In this document: positions 54,896 through 64,000 of the stretch, piece by piece
Numbering within the stretch: position 1 is the first letter of the stretch
Layout of the letters: every line of letters starts with the position of its first letter
Origin: Bacillota bacterium
Lineage (GTDB): Bacteria > Bacillota > Ch66 > Ch109
Assembly: GCA_050952625.1 (NCBI GenBank)
Contig: JBMNLH010000007.1
Location: 1-64,000 of the forward strand
Reading direction: 5' to 3'
Length of the DNA stretch: 64,000 nucleotides
The notes under the pieces: model-generated
Told to the model about the DNA's origin: nothing
The model's database searches: none
The model's input: only the letters and a program-made list of their open reading frames with translations
Position numbers and translations under genes: made by a program

Positions 54896-56284
54896 TCAAA
54901 TTCTTTGATCTAAAATAACCTGCTCTTGCAACCTCTTGAGTCCGTTCTTAATCGCTCGGGCTCTTACTTCACCAATTCCCTCAACTTCGTCTAACTCCTC
55001 AATAGAAGCCTTAAGGATACTGGGTAAATTGCCAATTGTCTCGACTAGGTTAGAAATAATCGGCGTAGGCAGGCGAGGGACTTTTTGCAAAATTCGGTAT
55101 CCCCTTGAGGAAACTGATAAATCCAGAATGCTAGCCGAAGCTCCATACCCCAAGGCCCGACCAATTGCTACCAAATCGGTTAATTCTTCTGATGTCCAGC
55201 GATTTAATTGTTCCTGAATTTCTCGGGGTGATTTTTCAGTTGGGAAAACGCCGTAATCTTGAATGACTAACAAGACTTCATTCTCGGCATTACCGGCCAA
55301 TTCGTGCATCTGCATGCTCACCAATCGTCCTTCACTACCCAATTCACAGATATATCCTTCTATCTCCTTAACGATCCGAATTACCAACTGGCAACGTTGA
55401 ATAACCCGGGCCACCTCAAAAACAGTAACCATATCTTCAAATTCTAACGCACTTAGACTAATCAGATCCTTATCTAATACCATCCGATATTTTTCCAGAG
55501 TCTGCAAAGCCTGATTCGCCTTAACCAGCAGCAACCCGATATCTTGGAGCATATACTTGGTAGGACCTTGATAAAGGGTAATTAAACTTCGTCTCTGTGA
55601 GATGGCGATTACCAGTTCTCCGGTTTGCCGAGCCATTCGTTCGGCAGTTCGGTGTCGGATTCCTGTTTCGTGAGACAGTAGTTCTGGATTAGGTACTAAC
55701 TGGGTGTTAGCATAAAGAATTCGTCGGGCATCATGACTTAGAATAATCGCTCCGTCCATTTTCGCCAGTTCATATAGATAAGCGGGAGTAAATTCACAAT
55801 CAATCTTAAATCCGCCTTCAGTGGCTGCCATTACCTGCGGGCCGTCACCGACTACGATTAAAGCCCCCATTTTCCCACGGAGTATATTTTCGATGCCACT
55901 CCGCAGGGCTGTTCCCGGAGCCAAAATTTTTAAAGCCTTCACCAGTTTCTCTTCCAAGAACTTTTCCTCACGATACCGCTCCTCATGATATCGTTCATCT
56001 TTAGTAAACCTATCTTCGCGTAATCGATCATCTCTTTTTTCTTCTTTATCTTCACGCACTTCCCTATTCTCTCCCCGGGTATCTCGCCGTTCTTTAAAAT
56101 CTTTTGACCCTCTTTGATCTTTAACCGGCCGGGCATCCCTTAGCTCCCGATATTCTTTGCTTTCTTTTGTTTCTTTCCCTTCCCGCAGGCGTCGGTCAAC
56201 CGCTACCGCTTGAACTTCTCTTTTCTCCATTAATTCTTCTGCCTTATCCACTGTCCGACTAACTTTGGGCATTCCATTATCCAT
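54896..56284 (-). CDS. disA: DNA integrity scanning diadenylate cyclase with N-terminal extension
   Basis: APGTALR, ELAKMDGA, ETGIRHRTAER, HhH VEGIGEVRA; downstream of radA. Confidence 0.96.
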   Translation of the reverse strand: MDNGMPKVSRTVDKAEELMEKREVQAVAVDRRLREGKETKESKEYRELRDARPVKDQRGSKDFKERRDTRGENREVREDKEEKRDDRLREDRFTKDERYHEERYREEKFLEEKLVKALKILAPGTALRSGIENILRGKMGALIVVGDGPQVMAATEGGFKIDCEFTPAYLYELAKMDGAIILSHDARRILYANTQLVPNPELLSHETGIRHRTAERMARQTGELVIAISQRRSLITLYQGPTKYMLQDIGLLLVKANQALQTLEKYRMVLDKDLISLSALEFEDMVTVFEVARVIQRCQLVIRIVKEIEGYICELGSEGRLVSMQMHELAGNAENEVLLVIQDYGVFPTEKSPREIQEQLNRWTSEELTDLVAIGRALGYGASASILDLSVSSRGYRILQKVPRLPTPIISNLVETIGNLPSILKASIEELDEVEGIGEVRARAIKNGLKRLQEQVILDQRI

Positions 56285-56350
56285 TCTCGTCTTCCTCCGC
56301 TTTAAAAATCAGACATTGGACCTAAATCAAGATAAACCATGATGACGCTG

Positions 56351-56439
56351 GTGTTTTAACTCAATGAGCAGGCTAGACCGGGAACGAAAATAAAAATGAT
56401 GCAAACCGCCAATTGCTGACCTTCATTATAACACTGCGC
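56351..56439 (-). repeat. Dispersed repeat family B, internally deleted copy
   Basis: Matches both arms of 45806-45969 in reverse orientation but lacks the central hairpin. Confidence 0.75.
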
Positions 56440-56466
56440 AATCAGTCTATGTTACAGCATGAGGGT

Positions 56467-57828
56467 CTAACCCGAAAAAACAACTTCCAAGGCCTCTTCC
56501 AGGGTGACTACGCCAATCAATTCGGTACCGGCAGTGTTTTTCGCTTGTCGCTCATTCCCCTTTGGAATTATCAATTGTTTAAAGCCAAGTCGAGCAGCTT
56601 CCTGCAAGCGTTTATTTATCTGACCCACTGACCGGATTTCCCCGGTTAATCCTATTTCCCCGGTTACTAATAGATCCCTGTTTGCCGGGATTCCTTTAAA
56701 ACTGGAGGCCAATGCCAAGGCAATACCGAGGTCCGCCGCCGGTTCAATTACTTTTGTTCCCCCGACCACATTAACGAAAACATCCTGGTTCAAAATGTTG
56801 AGACCCACTCGCTTTTCCAGCACCGCCAGAATTAATGATACCCGATTGTAATCAGCCCCAGTAATACTCCGACGAGGTTGACCAAATCCCCCCGGTACTA
56901 CCAGGGCTTGAATCTCAACCAATAAAGGCCGTGTTCCCTCTAAAGTAGCCACGACCACCGATCCAGCCGCATTAGTCGGTCGTTCTGTCAAGAACCACTC
57001 TGAGGGATTAGTCACATCCACCAACCCGGTTTCCTGCATCTCGAGAATGCCGCTTTCATTCGTGGAGCCAAAGCGGTTTTTCATTCCACGCAGAATGCGA
57101 AAACTGTGCTGCCGTTCCCCATCGAGATGAAGCACAACATCGACCATATGCTCCAGGACTCGGGGTCCGGCAATTGCCCCATCCTTAGTCACGTGACCGA
57201 CTATCCAAACCACTATCTGCGTCGTTTTGGCTAAATTCATCAAGAAAGCCGTGCTTTCCCGTACTTGGCCCAGGGTACCCGGTGCCATTACCAGTTCCGG
57301 ACAGAAAACGGTTTGAATAGAATCAATAATCACCATCAGAGGGTTAAGCTGCTTGATATGTTCCGCAACAATCCCCAGATCAGCCTCTCCTAGCACCATT
57401 AGCCGGTTTGAGTTTACTCCCAACCGGCTAGCTCTTAAGGCTATCTGCTGAACCGATTCTTCAGCCGTAACATACAAAACTGGTCCATTCTGGTCGGACA
57501 ACCAGCGGGCTACTTGGAGCAATAAGGTAGATTTTCCAACCCCAGGATCTCCGCTCAGGAGGACAAGAGAACCAGGAACAAGTCCCCCACCCAGGACCCG
57601 ATCAACCTCTGCGCTCCCGGTTCGGTAGCGGATACCCGAATCGACTAGAATATCACTAATTACTTGAGGGTTATTGACTGGTTTTTGGTCGGACCTAAGG
57701 GGAAAAGAAGGAGCGGCTGATTTCTCAATAAACGAATTCCATTCCAGACAACTAGGGCAACGGCCCACCCATTTGGCTGTTTCAAATCCGCATTGCTGGC
57801 AAAGGAATTTTGTGCGCGCTTTGGTCAA
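56467..57828 (-). CDS. radA: DNA repair protein RadA/Sms
   Basis: CQQCG...CPSC, GDPGVGKST, KNRFG. Confidence 0.98.
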   Translation of the reverse strand: MTKARTKFLCQQCGFETAKWVGRCPSCLEWNSFIEKSAAPSFPLRSDQKPVNNPQVISDILVDSGIRYRTGSAEVDRVLGGGLVPGSLVLLSGDPGVGKSTLLLQVARWLSDQNGPVLYVTAEESVQQIALRASRLGVNSNRLMVLGEADLGIVAEHIKQLNPLMVIIDSIQTVFCPELVMAPGTLGQVRESTAFLMNLAKTTQIVVWIVGHVTKDGAIAGPRVLEHMVDVVLHLDGERQHSFRILRGMKNRFGSTNESGILEMQETGLVDVTNPSEWFLTERPTNAAGSVVVATLEGTRPLLVEIQALVVPGGFGQPRRSITGADYNRVSLILAVLEKRVGLNILNQDVFVNVVGGTKVIEPAADLGIALALASSFKGIPANRDLLVTGEIGLTGEIRSVGQINKRLQEAARLGFKQLIIPKGNERQAKNTAGTELIGVVTLEEALEVVFSG

Positions 57829-57910
57829 ACAGCCATCTCTCCTTCTCTTCTCTATTCCGGTCAATTAAGCCCTGTGACAATTATAACATTAATGCATTCG
57901 CGTTGTCAGG

Positions 57911-60346
57911 TTACTTCTCAATGATGATATTATTCTCCCGAGCATCAATCCGTACTAGATCGCCAGCTTGATACTTCCCGCGCAATAGATCCTCGGATAA
58001 CGCGTTTTCTATTAGCCGTTGGATTGCTCGACGGAGTGGTCGAGCACCGTAGGCCGGATCAAAACCCTCTTTAAGCAAGTATTCTTTAGCGGCCTCCGTC
58101 ACTTCTAGTTTGATTCCTTGCTCCGCCAATCGATCGCGCACTTCCCGGAGCATTAGGTCAATAATCTGCTTGAGTTCTGCTTCGGTCAAGTTATGGAAGA
58201 CGATAGTTTCATCAATCCGGTTGAGAAATTCTGGCCGGAAGGTTCGAGTCAATTCATTTAATATTCTTTTTTGCATTTCTTGGTAACGATCCTCTTCTCG
58301 AACGTCCGACCGAAATCCCATTACTCCCTCTCGTTTTAAATGTTGGGCCCCGACATTAGAAGTCATTATCACTACCGAATTGCGAAAATCAACCGTTCGG
58401 CCCTGCGCATCGGTTAAGCGACCGTCATCTAGTAACTGCAGCAAGATATTGAATACCTCTGGGTGGGCTTTTTCTATTTCATCAAAGAGAATGACCGAAT
58501 AGGGTTTACGGCGCACCGCCTCAGTCAACTGTCCTCCCTCATCATAACCGACGTACCCGGGCGGTGAACCTACCAATCGCGAAACGGCGAATTTCTCCAT
58601 ATATTCAGACATATCGATCCTAATTAGATTATCTTCATCGCCAAACATGGCCTCAGCGAGAGCGCGAGCTAATTCTGTTTTGCCGACTCCAGTTGGTCCC
58701 AAGAAGATAAAGGAGCCAACCGGCCGTTTCGGGTTTTTTAGTCCGGCCCGCGCCCGCCTGACGGCGCGAGCAACGGCCTGAACTGCTTCATCCTGGCCAA
58801 TTACCCGTTCGTGTAAAATCTCCTCCAGCCGAATCAGCCGTTCACTTTCCTCTTCTGCCAGTTTATTAACCGGTATCCCGGTCCAAGAAGAGACAATATG
58901 CGCGATATCCTCTTCAGTAACGTTGGCTTCCTCTTGCCCTTGTTTCTGCTTCCAGTTGCTCCGGCGTGAATCTAACTCTTCTTTAATCTTTTGCTCCCGA
59001 TCCCTGAGCTGGGCTGCCTTTTCAAATTCCTGCCCGGCAACCGCCTCTTCTTTTTCTTTCTGGATTTCTTCTAATTGAAGATTAAGGTCCTTCAGGTCCG
59101 TTGGAGTCGTGAAGCTACGCAGCCTCACGCGTGACGAGGCCTCATCAACCAGGTCAATTGCCTTATCTGGCAAGAAACGATCCGTGATATAGCGATCCGA
59201 CAGCCGAGCAGCGGCCAGAATCGCCTCATCGGTGATCTTGACTCGGTGGTGGGCTTCATAGCGATCACGTAAGCCATAGAGAATCTTAATCGTCTCTTCA
59301 ACACTCGGTTCTTCCACCATAATTGGTTGGAATCGTCTTTCCAGGGCCGGATCTTTTTCAATATGCTTTCGATACTCATCCAGCGTGGTTGCTCCGATAC
59401 ACTGCAACTCTCCTCTAGCTAGAGCAGGTTTTAAGATATTAGCCGCATCAATCGCTCCTTCAGCCCCACCCGCACCAATTAAGGTATGCAATTCATCGAT
59501 AAAAATGATCACATTACCGGCACTACGGATCTCGTCAACAATCTTTTTCAGTCTTTCTTCGAACTCGCCGCGATACTTGGTTCCAGCAACGACCGAGGAC
59601 AAATCCAGGGTCAGGACCCTTTTCTCGGTTAGAATTTCGGGCACCTCTTTCTTGATAATGCGCTGGGCCAAACCCTCAGCGATGGCCGTTTTTCCTACCC
59701 CGGGATCCCCGACTAGAACCGGGTTATTCTTGGTCCGACGGCTAAGGATCTGAACTACCCGTTCAATCTCCTTATCGCGGCCAATAACCGGGTCAAGTTT
59801 GCCATCTTTAGCATATGCGGTGAGATCACGACTGAACTGATCCAGCACCTGCGTATTGCCGCCCTGTCGACTGCGTCCGCCTCCGGCCGGTGTGCCCCCG
59901 TATGTTTGCCCAGGTCCTGCCCCGAGCAAGGTCATGAGTTGACTCCGAACTTGTTGTAAATTAGCACCTAGATCATTTAAAACACGAGCCGCTACTCCTT
60001 CGCCCTCCCGAATTAGACCTAATAACAGGTGTTCGGTCCCAACATAACCAGCCCCCTGCTGTCGCGCCTCATCAACTGATAGTTCCAGGACTTTCTTAGT
60101 CCGGGGGGTTAAACCGACTTCTTGGACCGGTGCCGGACCGGTTCCGACCAAGCTAATGATTTTTTCCCGAACTTGCTCCAGATTTATTCCCAGATTGCCT
60201 AACACCCGGGCCGCCACACCTTCACCCTCACGAATCAGGCCCAGGAGCAAATGCTCAGTCCCTACTGCATCGTGCTGAAGCCGACGCGCTTCTTCCTGCG
60301 AGTAGATCAACACTTTTTGGGCTCTTTCTGTGAAACGGGCAAACAT
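57911..60346 (-). CDS. clpC: Clp protease ATPase ClpC
   Basis: Double Clp-N repeat, GDPGVGKT and [11 protein letters not shown] segment, MGF loop. Confidence 0.98.
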   Translation of the reverse strand: MFARFTERAQKVLIYSQEEARRLQHDAVGTEHLLLGLIREGEGVAARVLGNLGINLEQVREKIISLVGTGPAPVQEVGLTPRTKKVLELSVDEARQQGAGYVGTEHLLLGLIREGEGVAARVLNDLGANLQQVRSQLMTLLGAGPGQTYGGTPAGGGRSRQGGNTQVLDQFSRDLTAYAKDGKLDPVIGRDKEIERVVQILSRRTKNNPVLVGDPGVGKTAIAEGLAQRIIKKEVPEILTEKRVLTLDLSSVVAGTKYRGEFEERLKKIVDEIRSAGNVIIFIDELHTLIGAGGAEGAIDAANILKPALARGELQCIGATTLDEYRKHIEKDPALERRFQPIMVEEPSVEETIKILYGLRDRYEAHHRVKITDEAILAAARLSDRYITDRFLPDKAIDLVDEASSRVRLRSFTTPTDLKDLNLQLEEIQKEKEEAVAGQEFEKAAQLRDREQKIKEELDSRRSNWKQKQGQEEANVTEEDIAHIVSSWTGIPVNKLAEEESERLIRLEEILHERVIGQDEAVQAVARAVRRARAGLKNPKRPVGSFIFLGPTGVGKTELARALAEAMFGDEDNLIRIDMSEYMEKFAVSRLVGSPPGYVGYDEGGQLTEAVRRKPYSVILFDEIEKAHPEVFNILLQLLDDGRLTDAQGRTVDFRNSVVIMTSNVGAQHLKREGVMGFRSDVREEDRYQEMQKRILNELTRTFRPEFLNRIDETIVFHNLTEAELKQIIDLMLREVRDRLAEQGIKLEVTEAAKEYLLKEGFDPAYGARPLRRAIQRLIENALSEDLLRGKYQAGDLVRIDARENNIIIEK

Positions 60347-60441
60347 TATACCAGCCCCCTTTCTAGAAAATATTACTTACTTTAATCACAATTTTGCGTT
60401 GTTCTGGGTCACAAAGATTTAATTTTTGTTTTTTGGGCTAG

Positions 60442-61506
60442 TTAGCCCTTTAATTTCTCCGCAATGATTGAGGCACGTTTTATATCCCGAGCACCGGCGT
60501 TCATTTCCCGGCCAGCCAATTTTTGCAAGTAAGCGGGGCGAGTGAGAATAATTAATTCATTTAAAACCCGTAAGTCAGTAGTTTTAATTATTCCTAAATC
60601 AACCCCTAAACGAACATCAGACAGATGGGATAGAGCTTCTTCTGAAGTCATAATCCGGGCATTGGTTAATACCCCCAGGGCTCGGCCAATTCGATCCTCC
60701 AGTTGCAGCCGGGCTTTTTCCATTAAATGTTGCCGTGCTCCCTTTTCTTGCTCGATAATCTGAACCGTAACCGCCGTTAGATTATTAACAATTTCTTCTT
60801 CCCGAGGACCTAAAGTGACCTGATTAGATATCTGAAACAAGTTCCCGGAAGCTTCAGTCCCCTCACCGTATAAGCCCCGCACAACCAAGCCAATCTGCGA
60901 CAAAGTCGGCAGCATCCGCTGGGCTTGATTGGTTATGACTAAGGCCGGCAAATGAAGCATCACTGAGGCCCGCATGCCAGTTCCAACATTTGTCGGACAG
61001 ACTGTAAGATATCCCCACCTTTCATCAAAGGCATAATCCATGTGGGCTTCTAGTCGATTATCAACTTTATCCGCTATTTTCCAGGCCTCATTTACTTGAA
61101 GGCCAGAAAACAAACACTGAATCCGCAGATGGTCTTCCTCATTAATCATTATTGAAATTGCCTCGTCATCTCGGATCGCCAGTCCCCGCCCTCGTCCAGC
61201 GTTTTCGGCTTGTTTAGGACTAATCAGATGCTTTTCCACTAGTATCTGTCGGTCTAAGACTGACAATTCGTTAAGATCTACCACTTCCAGGTTTCCCAGT
61301 TCCTGACGAACCTCTTTTTCCGCCACGATCTGGGCAACTTGATTTACAACATTCTGGGCTTGTTTTTCTGACATAAGATGAGGGAAAGGCACCTCAAGCA
61401 GGTTCCGAGCCAAACGAACTCGACTGCTAATTACTATATCGCTATATGGCCCGCTTCCTTCTAACCACTTACTAAATGGTCGATTAATAATTGATTGAAT
61501 AATCAT
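60442..61506 (-). CDS. mcsB: Protein arginine kinase
   Basis: SSRVRLARN, NEEDHLR, CPTNVGTG. Confidence 0.97.
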   Translation of the reverse strand: MIIQSIINRPFSKWLEGSGPYSDIVISSRVRLARNLLEVPFPHLMSEKQAQNVVNQVAQIVAEKEVRQELGNLEVVDLNELSVLDRQILVEKHLISPKQAENAGRGRGLAIRDDEAISIMINEEDHLRIQCLFSGLQVNEAWKIADKVDNRLEAHMDYAFDERWGYLTVCPTNVGTGMRASVMLHLPALVITNQAQRMLPTLSQIGLVVRGLYGEGTEASGNLFQISNQVTLGPREEEIVNNLTAVTVQIIEQEKGARQHLMEKARLQLEDRIGRALGVLTNARIMTSEEALSHLSDVRLGVDLGIIKTTDLRVLNELIILTRPAYLQKLAGREMNAGARDIKRASIIAEKLKG

Positions 61507-61526
61507 TTCTGGTGCTCACTCCCCTC

Positions 61527-62051
61527 TTACTCTGCTCTTTTTTTCTCCAGTTCTCGAATCTGGTCACGAATTACAGCTGCCTTTTCAAAAGCTTCTTGTC
61601 GGATAGCAGCTTGTAATTCACCATATAACCTCTCTAACTGCCGCTTAATCCCTAGAACCTTGCCGGTTCTCTGCGGAACCTTCCCGCTGTGCTGGGCGTT
61701 TCCATGAATTTTGCGAAAAAGGGTTTCTAATCGATCGCTAAAATGTTCATAACACTCTCGACAACCAAACTTCCCCTCTTGAGTAAACTCAGGATAACTT
61801 AAATGACACTGTTCACACTGCTGCCCGACAGACACTCCCGCAGACGATAGGCCTAAAAAGTTCTGATCCTGATTTAATAAACTGGCTAGCAATTGCTGAA
61901 AAGAAAAGGTTGGTTGAAAACTGAAGGCAGCCGCCATTTGCTGAAACTCTCGGGCACATTGATCACATAAATGCCGTTCCGTCTTCTGATTATTGATAAT
62001 CTGGGTTATGTGAACCGAAGCTGGTCTTTTTTGACATTCTTCACAAATCAT
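61527..62051 (-). CDS. mcsA: McsB activator McsA
   Basis: Four CxxC motifs and C-terminal UVR (FEKAAVIRDQI). Confidence 0.96.
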   Translation of the reverse strand: MICEECQKRPASVHITQIINNQKTERHLCDQCAREFQQMAAAFSFQPTFSFQQLLASLLNQDQNFLGLSSAGVSVGQQCEQCHLSYPEFTQEGKFGCRECYEHFSDRLETLFRKIHGNAQHSGKVPQRTGKVLGIKRQLERLYGELQAAIRQEAFEKAAVIRDQIRELEKKRAE

Positions 62052-62149
62052 TCCTGGTCACCTCCATAAGGTTTATTATTTTCACTTACTAAGGAATTAA
62101 TGGTTTGTTAATAATTGTTTGTATCGTCCGATAACCTTAAGTCATTATT

Positions 62150-62620
62150 CTACGGTATTTCATCTTTAATAACTTCTAATAAGGCTACACGTAGAATTCT
62201 GGCCCTCAAATAGTCACGTTCCGGTAATTCGAGTTGGAGGGTATCGCGATGAATTAGCTTCCGCAGCAATGAAGCTTCTCTAGAAGTAAGCAACCCATCC
62301 TCATATAAACGATCAATCAAGCCTTCACCTACTTGTTGAGAGACCTCGCCTCCTAATTCCTCTAGTAACAAACGACAAACAACATCTAAAGACAACAAAG
62401 GCAGTTTGATTAGTTTGATAAAGCCGCCCCCACCACGTCTGCTCTCTACAACATAACCGCGTTGCAACGAAAATCTGGTACTTAACACATAGTTTATCTG
62501 CGAAGGGGCACACTCAAATAATCCAGCCAATTCGTTCCGCTGTAATTCAAGGACCCCCTTAGGGTTACTGTCAAGCAATTCCTTAAGGTATCGTTCTATT
62601 CGATCCACCAGACTACCCAT
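62150..62620 (-). CDS. ctsR: Class III heat-shock repressor
   Basis: CAPSQINYVLSTRF, VESRRGGGG. Confidence 0.97.
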   Translation of the reverse strand: MGSLVDRIERYLKELLDSNPKGVLELQRNELAGLFECAPSQINYVLSTRFSLQRGYVVESRRGGGGFIKLIKLPLLSLDVVCRLLLEELGGEVSQQVGEGLIDRLYEDGLLTSREASLLRKLIHRDTLQLELPERDYLRARILRVALLEVIKDEIP

Positions 62621-62692
62621 TGTTACTACCCCTTCTATCTGTTATTGCTCTCTTGTTGTTCCCTTGTTATTCACCTTAACCTTTATTGATCT

Positions 62693-62709
62693 TTTGACTT
62701 TGTCTGACC
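62693..62709 (-). promoter_or_regulatory. CtsR operator
   Basis: GGTCAGA-CAA-AGTCAAA heptad repeat just downstream of a TATAAT (62719-24). Confidence 0.8.
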
Positions 62710-62837
62710 TTTATTGTAATTATAGTATGTACATTTTAAATCATTCCAATCCCATTAACTCCAAAAAAAGTACTTAAAAAACAAAAAACGGCTGCATTTT
62801 GCAACCAGCTAGCTCAGTCTTAGTTATATGACATTTT

Positions 62838-63221
62838 TTAACCATCAACAAGACTGAAGTGATCGGTTTTCTTCCGCAGGGTTCTAATCGCCAAATCGTG
62901 CTCACCTAAAAGTTCGTAAATTGAGAAACGGCTTTCCTTGATCTCTCGCACGTCCGCTTCCATTCGCTCCAAACGGGCTTTTATATTGTCCTGACCTATT
63001 GTTAACTGATTCACTTCTGCTTTTAGATCAGTGACCTCCGCTCTTAGTTCGGTGACCTCTGCTCTTAGTTCGGTGACCTCTGCTCTTAGTTCGGTGACCT
63101 CTGCTCTTAGTTCCTCGACAATACTGTTAGTGTTTCCCGTAATATGAATTAGCTCGGTAACCATTTTAAAAACCTGGTCAAGTCTGTCATCCACGTCTTC
63201 ACCCACTTTCAATTTAATCAT
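62838..63221 (-). CDS. Hypothetical coiled-coil protein with heptad tandem repeat
   Basis: (ELRAEVT)x4 plus DLKAEVN; start uncertain. Confidence 0.65.
   Translation of the reverse strand: MIKLKVGEDVDDRLDQVFKMVTELIHITGNTNSIVEELRAEVTELRAEVTELRAEVTELRAEVTDLKAEVNQLTIGQDNIKARLERMEADVREIKESRFSIYELLGEHDLAIRTLRKKTDHFSLVDG
63031..63114. repeat. 21-bp tandem repeat, four copies
   Basis: GTGACCTCTGCTCTTAGTTCG units, plus a degenerate unit at ~63010-63030. Confidence 0.95.
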
Positions 63222-63352
63222 AAATCTTTCAGTTCTACATGTGCTCCGCTTAATCCTGCTTTATCGCAAATATTTCCTAATGAAAATTACCTAATGAAAA
63301 TTAGGAGATAAAATTAAACAGGCCATCTTATTTTAAAGATGACCTTTAAAAA

Positions 63353-63427
63353 TGGCTCCCCGAGCTGGATTCGAACCAGCAACCCTCCGGTTAACAGCCG
63401 GATGCTCTACCGTTGAGCTATCGAGGA
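63353..63427 (-). tRNA. tRNA-Asn(GTT)
   Basis: TCCTCGATAGCTCA...CCGGCTGTTAACCGG...GCCA. Confidence 0.96.
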
Positions 63428-63437
63428 ATAAATATAA

Positions 63438-63555
63438 TCCTGGCAACGACCTACTCTCCCAGGGCGTCTCCACCCAAGTACCATCGGCGCTGGAGGGCTT
63501 AACTGCCGTGTTCGGGATGGGAACGGGTGTTTCCCCTCCGCTATCGTCACCAGAA
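63438..63555 (-). rRNA. rrf: 5S rRNA
   Basis: CTGGTGACGATAGCGGAGGGGAAACACCCGTTCCCATCCCGAACACGG...GAGAGTAGGTCGTTGCCAGG. Confidence 0.97.
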
Positions 63556-63705
63556 AATCTAATTCTTAGATTTTAGATATTGGATTTTAGATTGAACCCT
63601 CAAAACTTCACAGCGAATATTTTAGTCTGTCAATCCTTAGCTCAGCCAAGACTGTCAGGGTTTAGCGGGTTACGCCTCACACCTCACGCCTTACTTTTAG
63701 AAAAT

Positions 63706-64000
<295 letters not shown>

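Overview
Core-genome region of a Firmicute (Clostridia, probably Peptococcaceae/Moorella-like; taxonomy is inference from gene order, sigH, and the Cys-rich EF-Tu loop). Almost all genes are on the minus strand. From right to left: 3' end of an rRNA operon (23S-5S-tRNA-Asn), ctsR-mcsA-mcsB-clpC-radA-disA, PIN/TRAM-ispD-ispF-gltX, Cys T-box-cysE-cysS-mrnC, thyX, rlmB, sigH, six tRNAs, tuf-rpmG-secE-nusG-rplKAJL-rpoBC, the str/S10/spc/alpha ribosomal superoperon, ecfA1A2T-truA and rplM-rpsI. The only accessory DNA is the AT-rich first ~4.06 kb, a Tn7-like locus whose terminal ACA lies 4 bp past the rpsI stop codon, suggesting rpsI is an attachment site. It contains a 455-bp gene-less unit (3604-4058) bounded by two inward-facing TGT...ACA ends with repeated AGTTTGCTC sites, a tnsA that is 5'-truncated by that unit and split by an IS3-family element (5-bp target duplication), and a tnsB running off the window. 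tnsC, tniQ/tnsD and any cas genes would lie outside the window and cannot be assessed. Other oddities: a 30-bp duplication of the truA 3' end around a repeat-spacer-repeat insert, two families of dispersed intergenic repeats, a 1-nt frameshift in rpsI (likely a sequencing error), CysRS with a duplicated C-terminal module, DisA with a long charged N-terminal extension, and an RpoB insertion. All calls are by eye; no searches were run.
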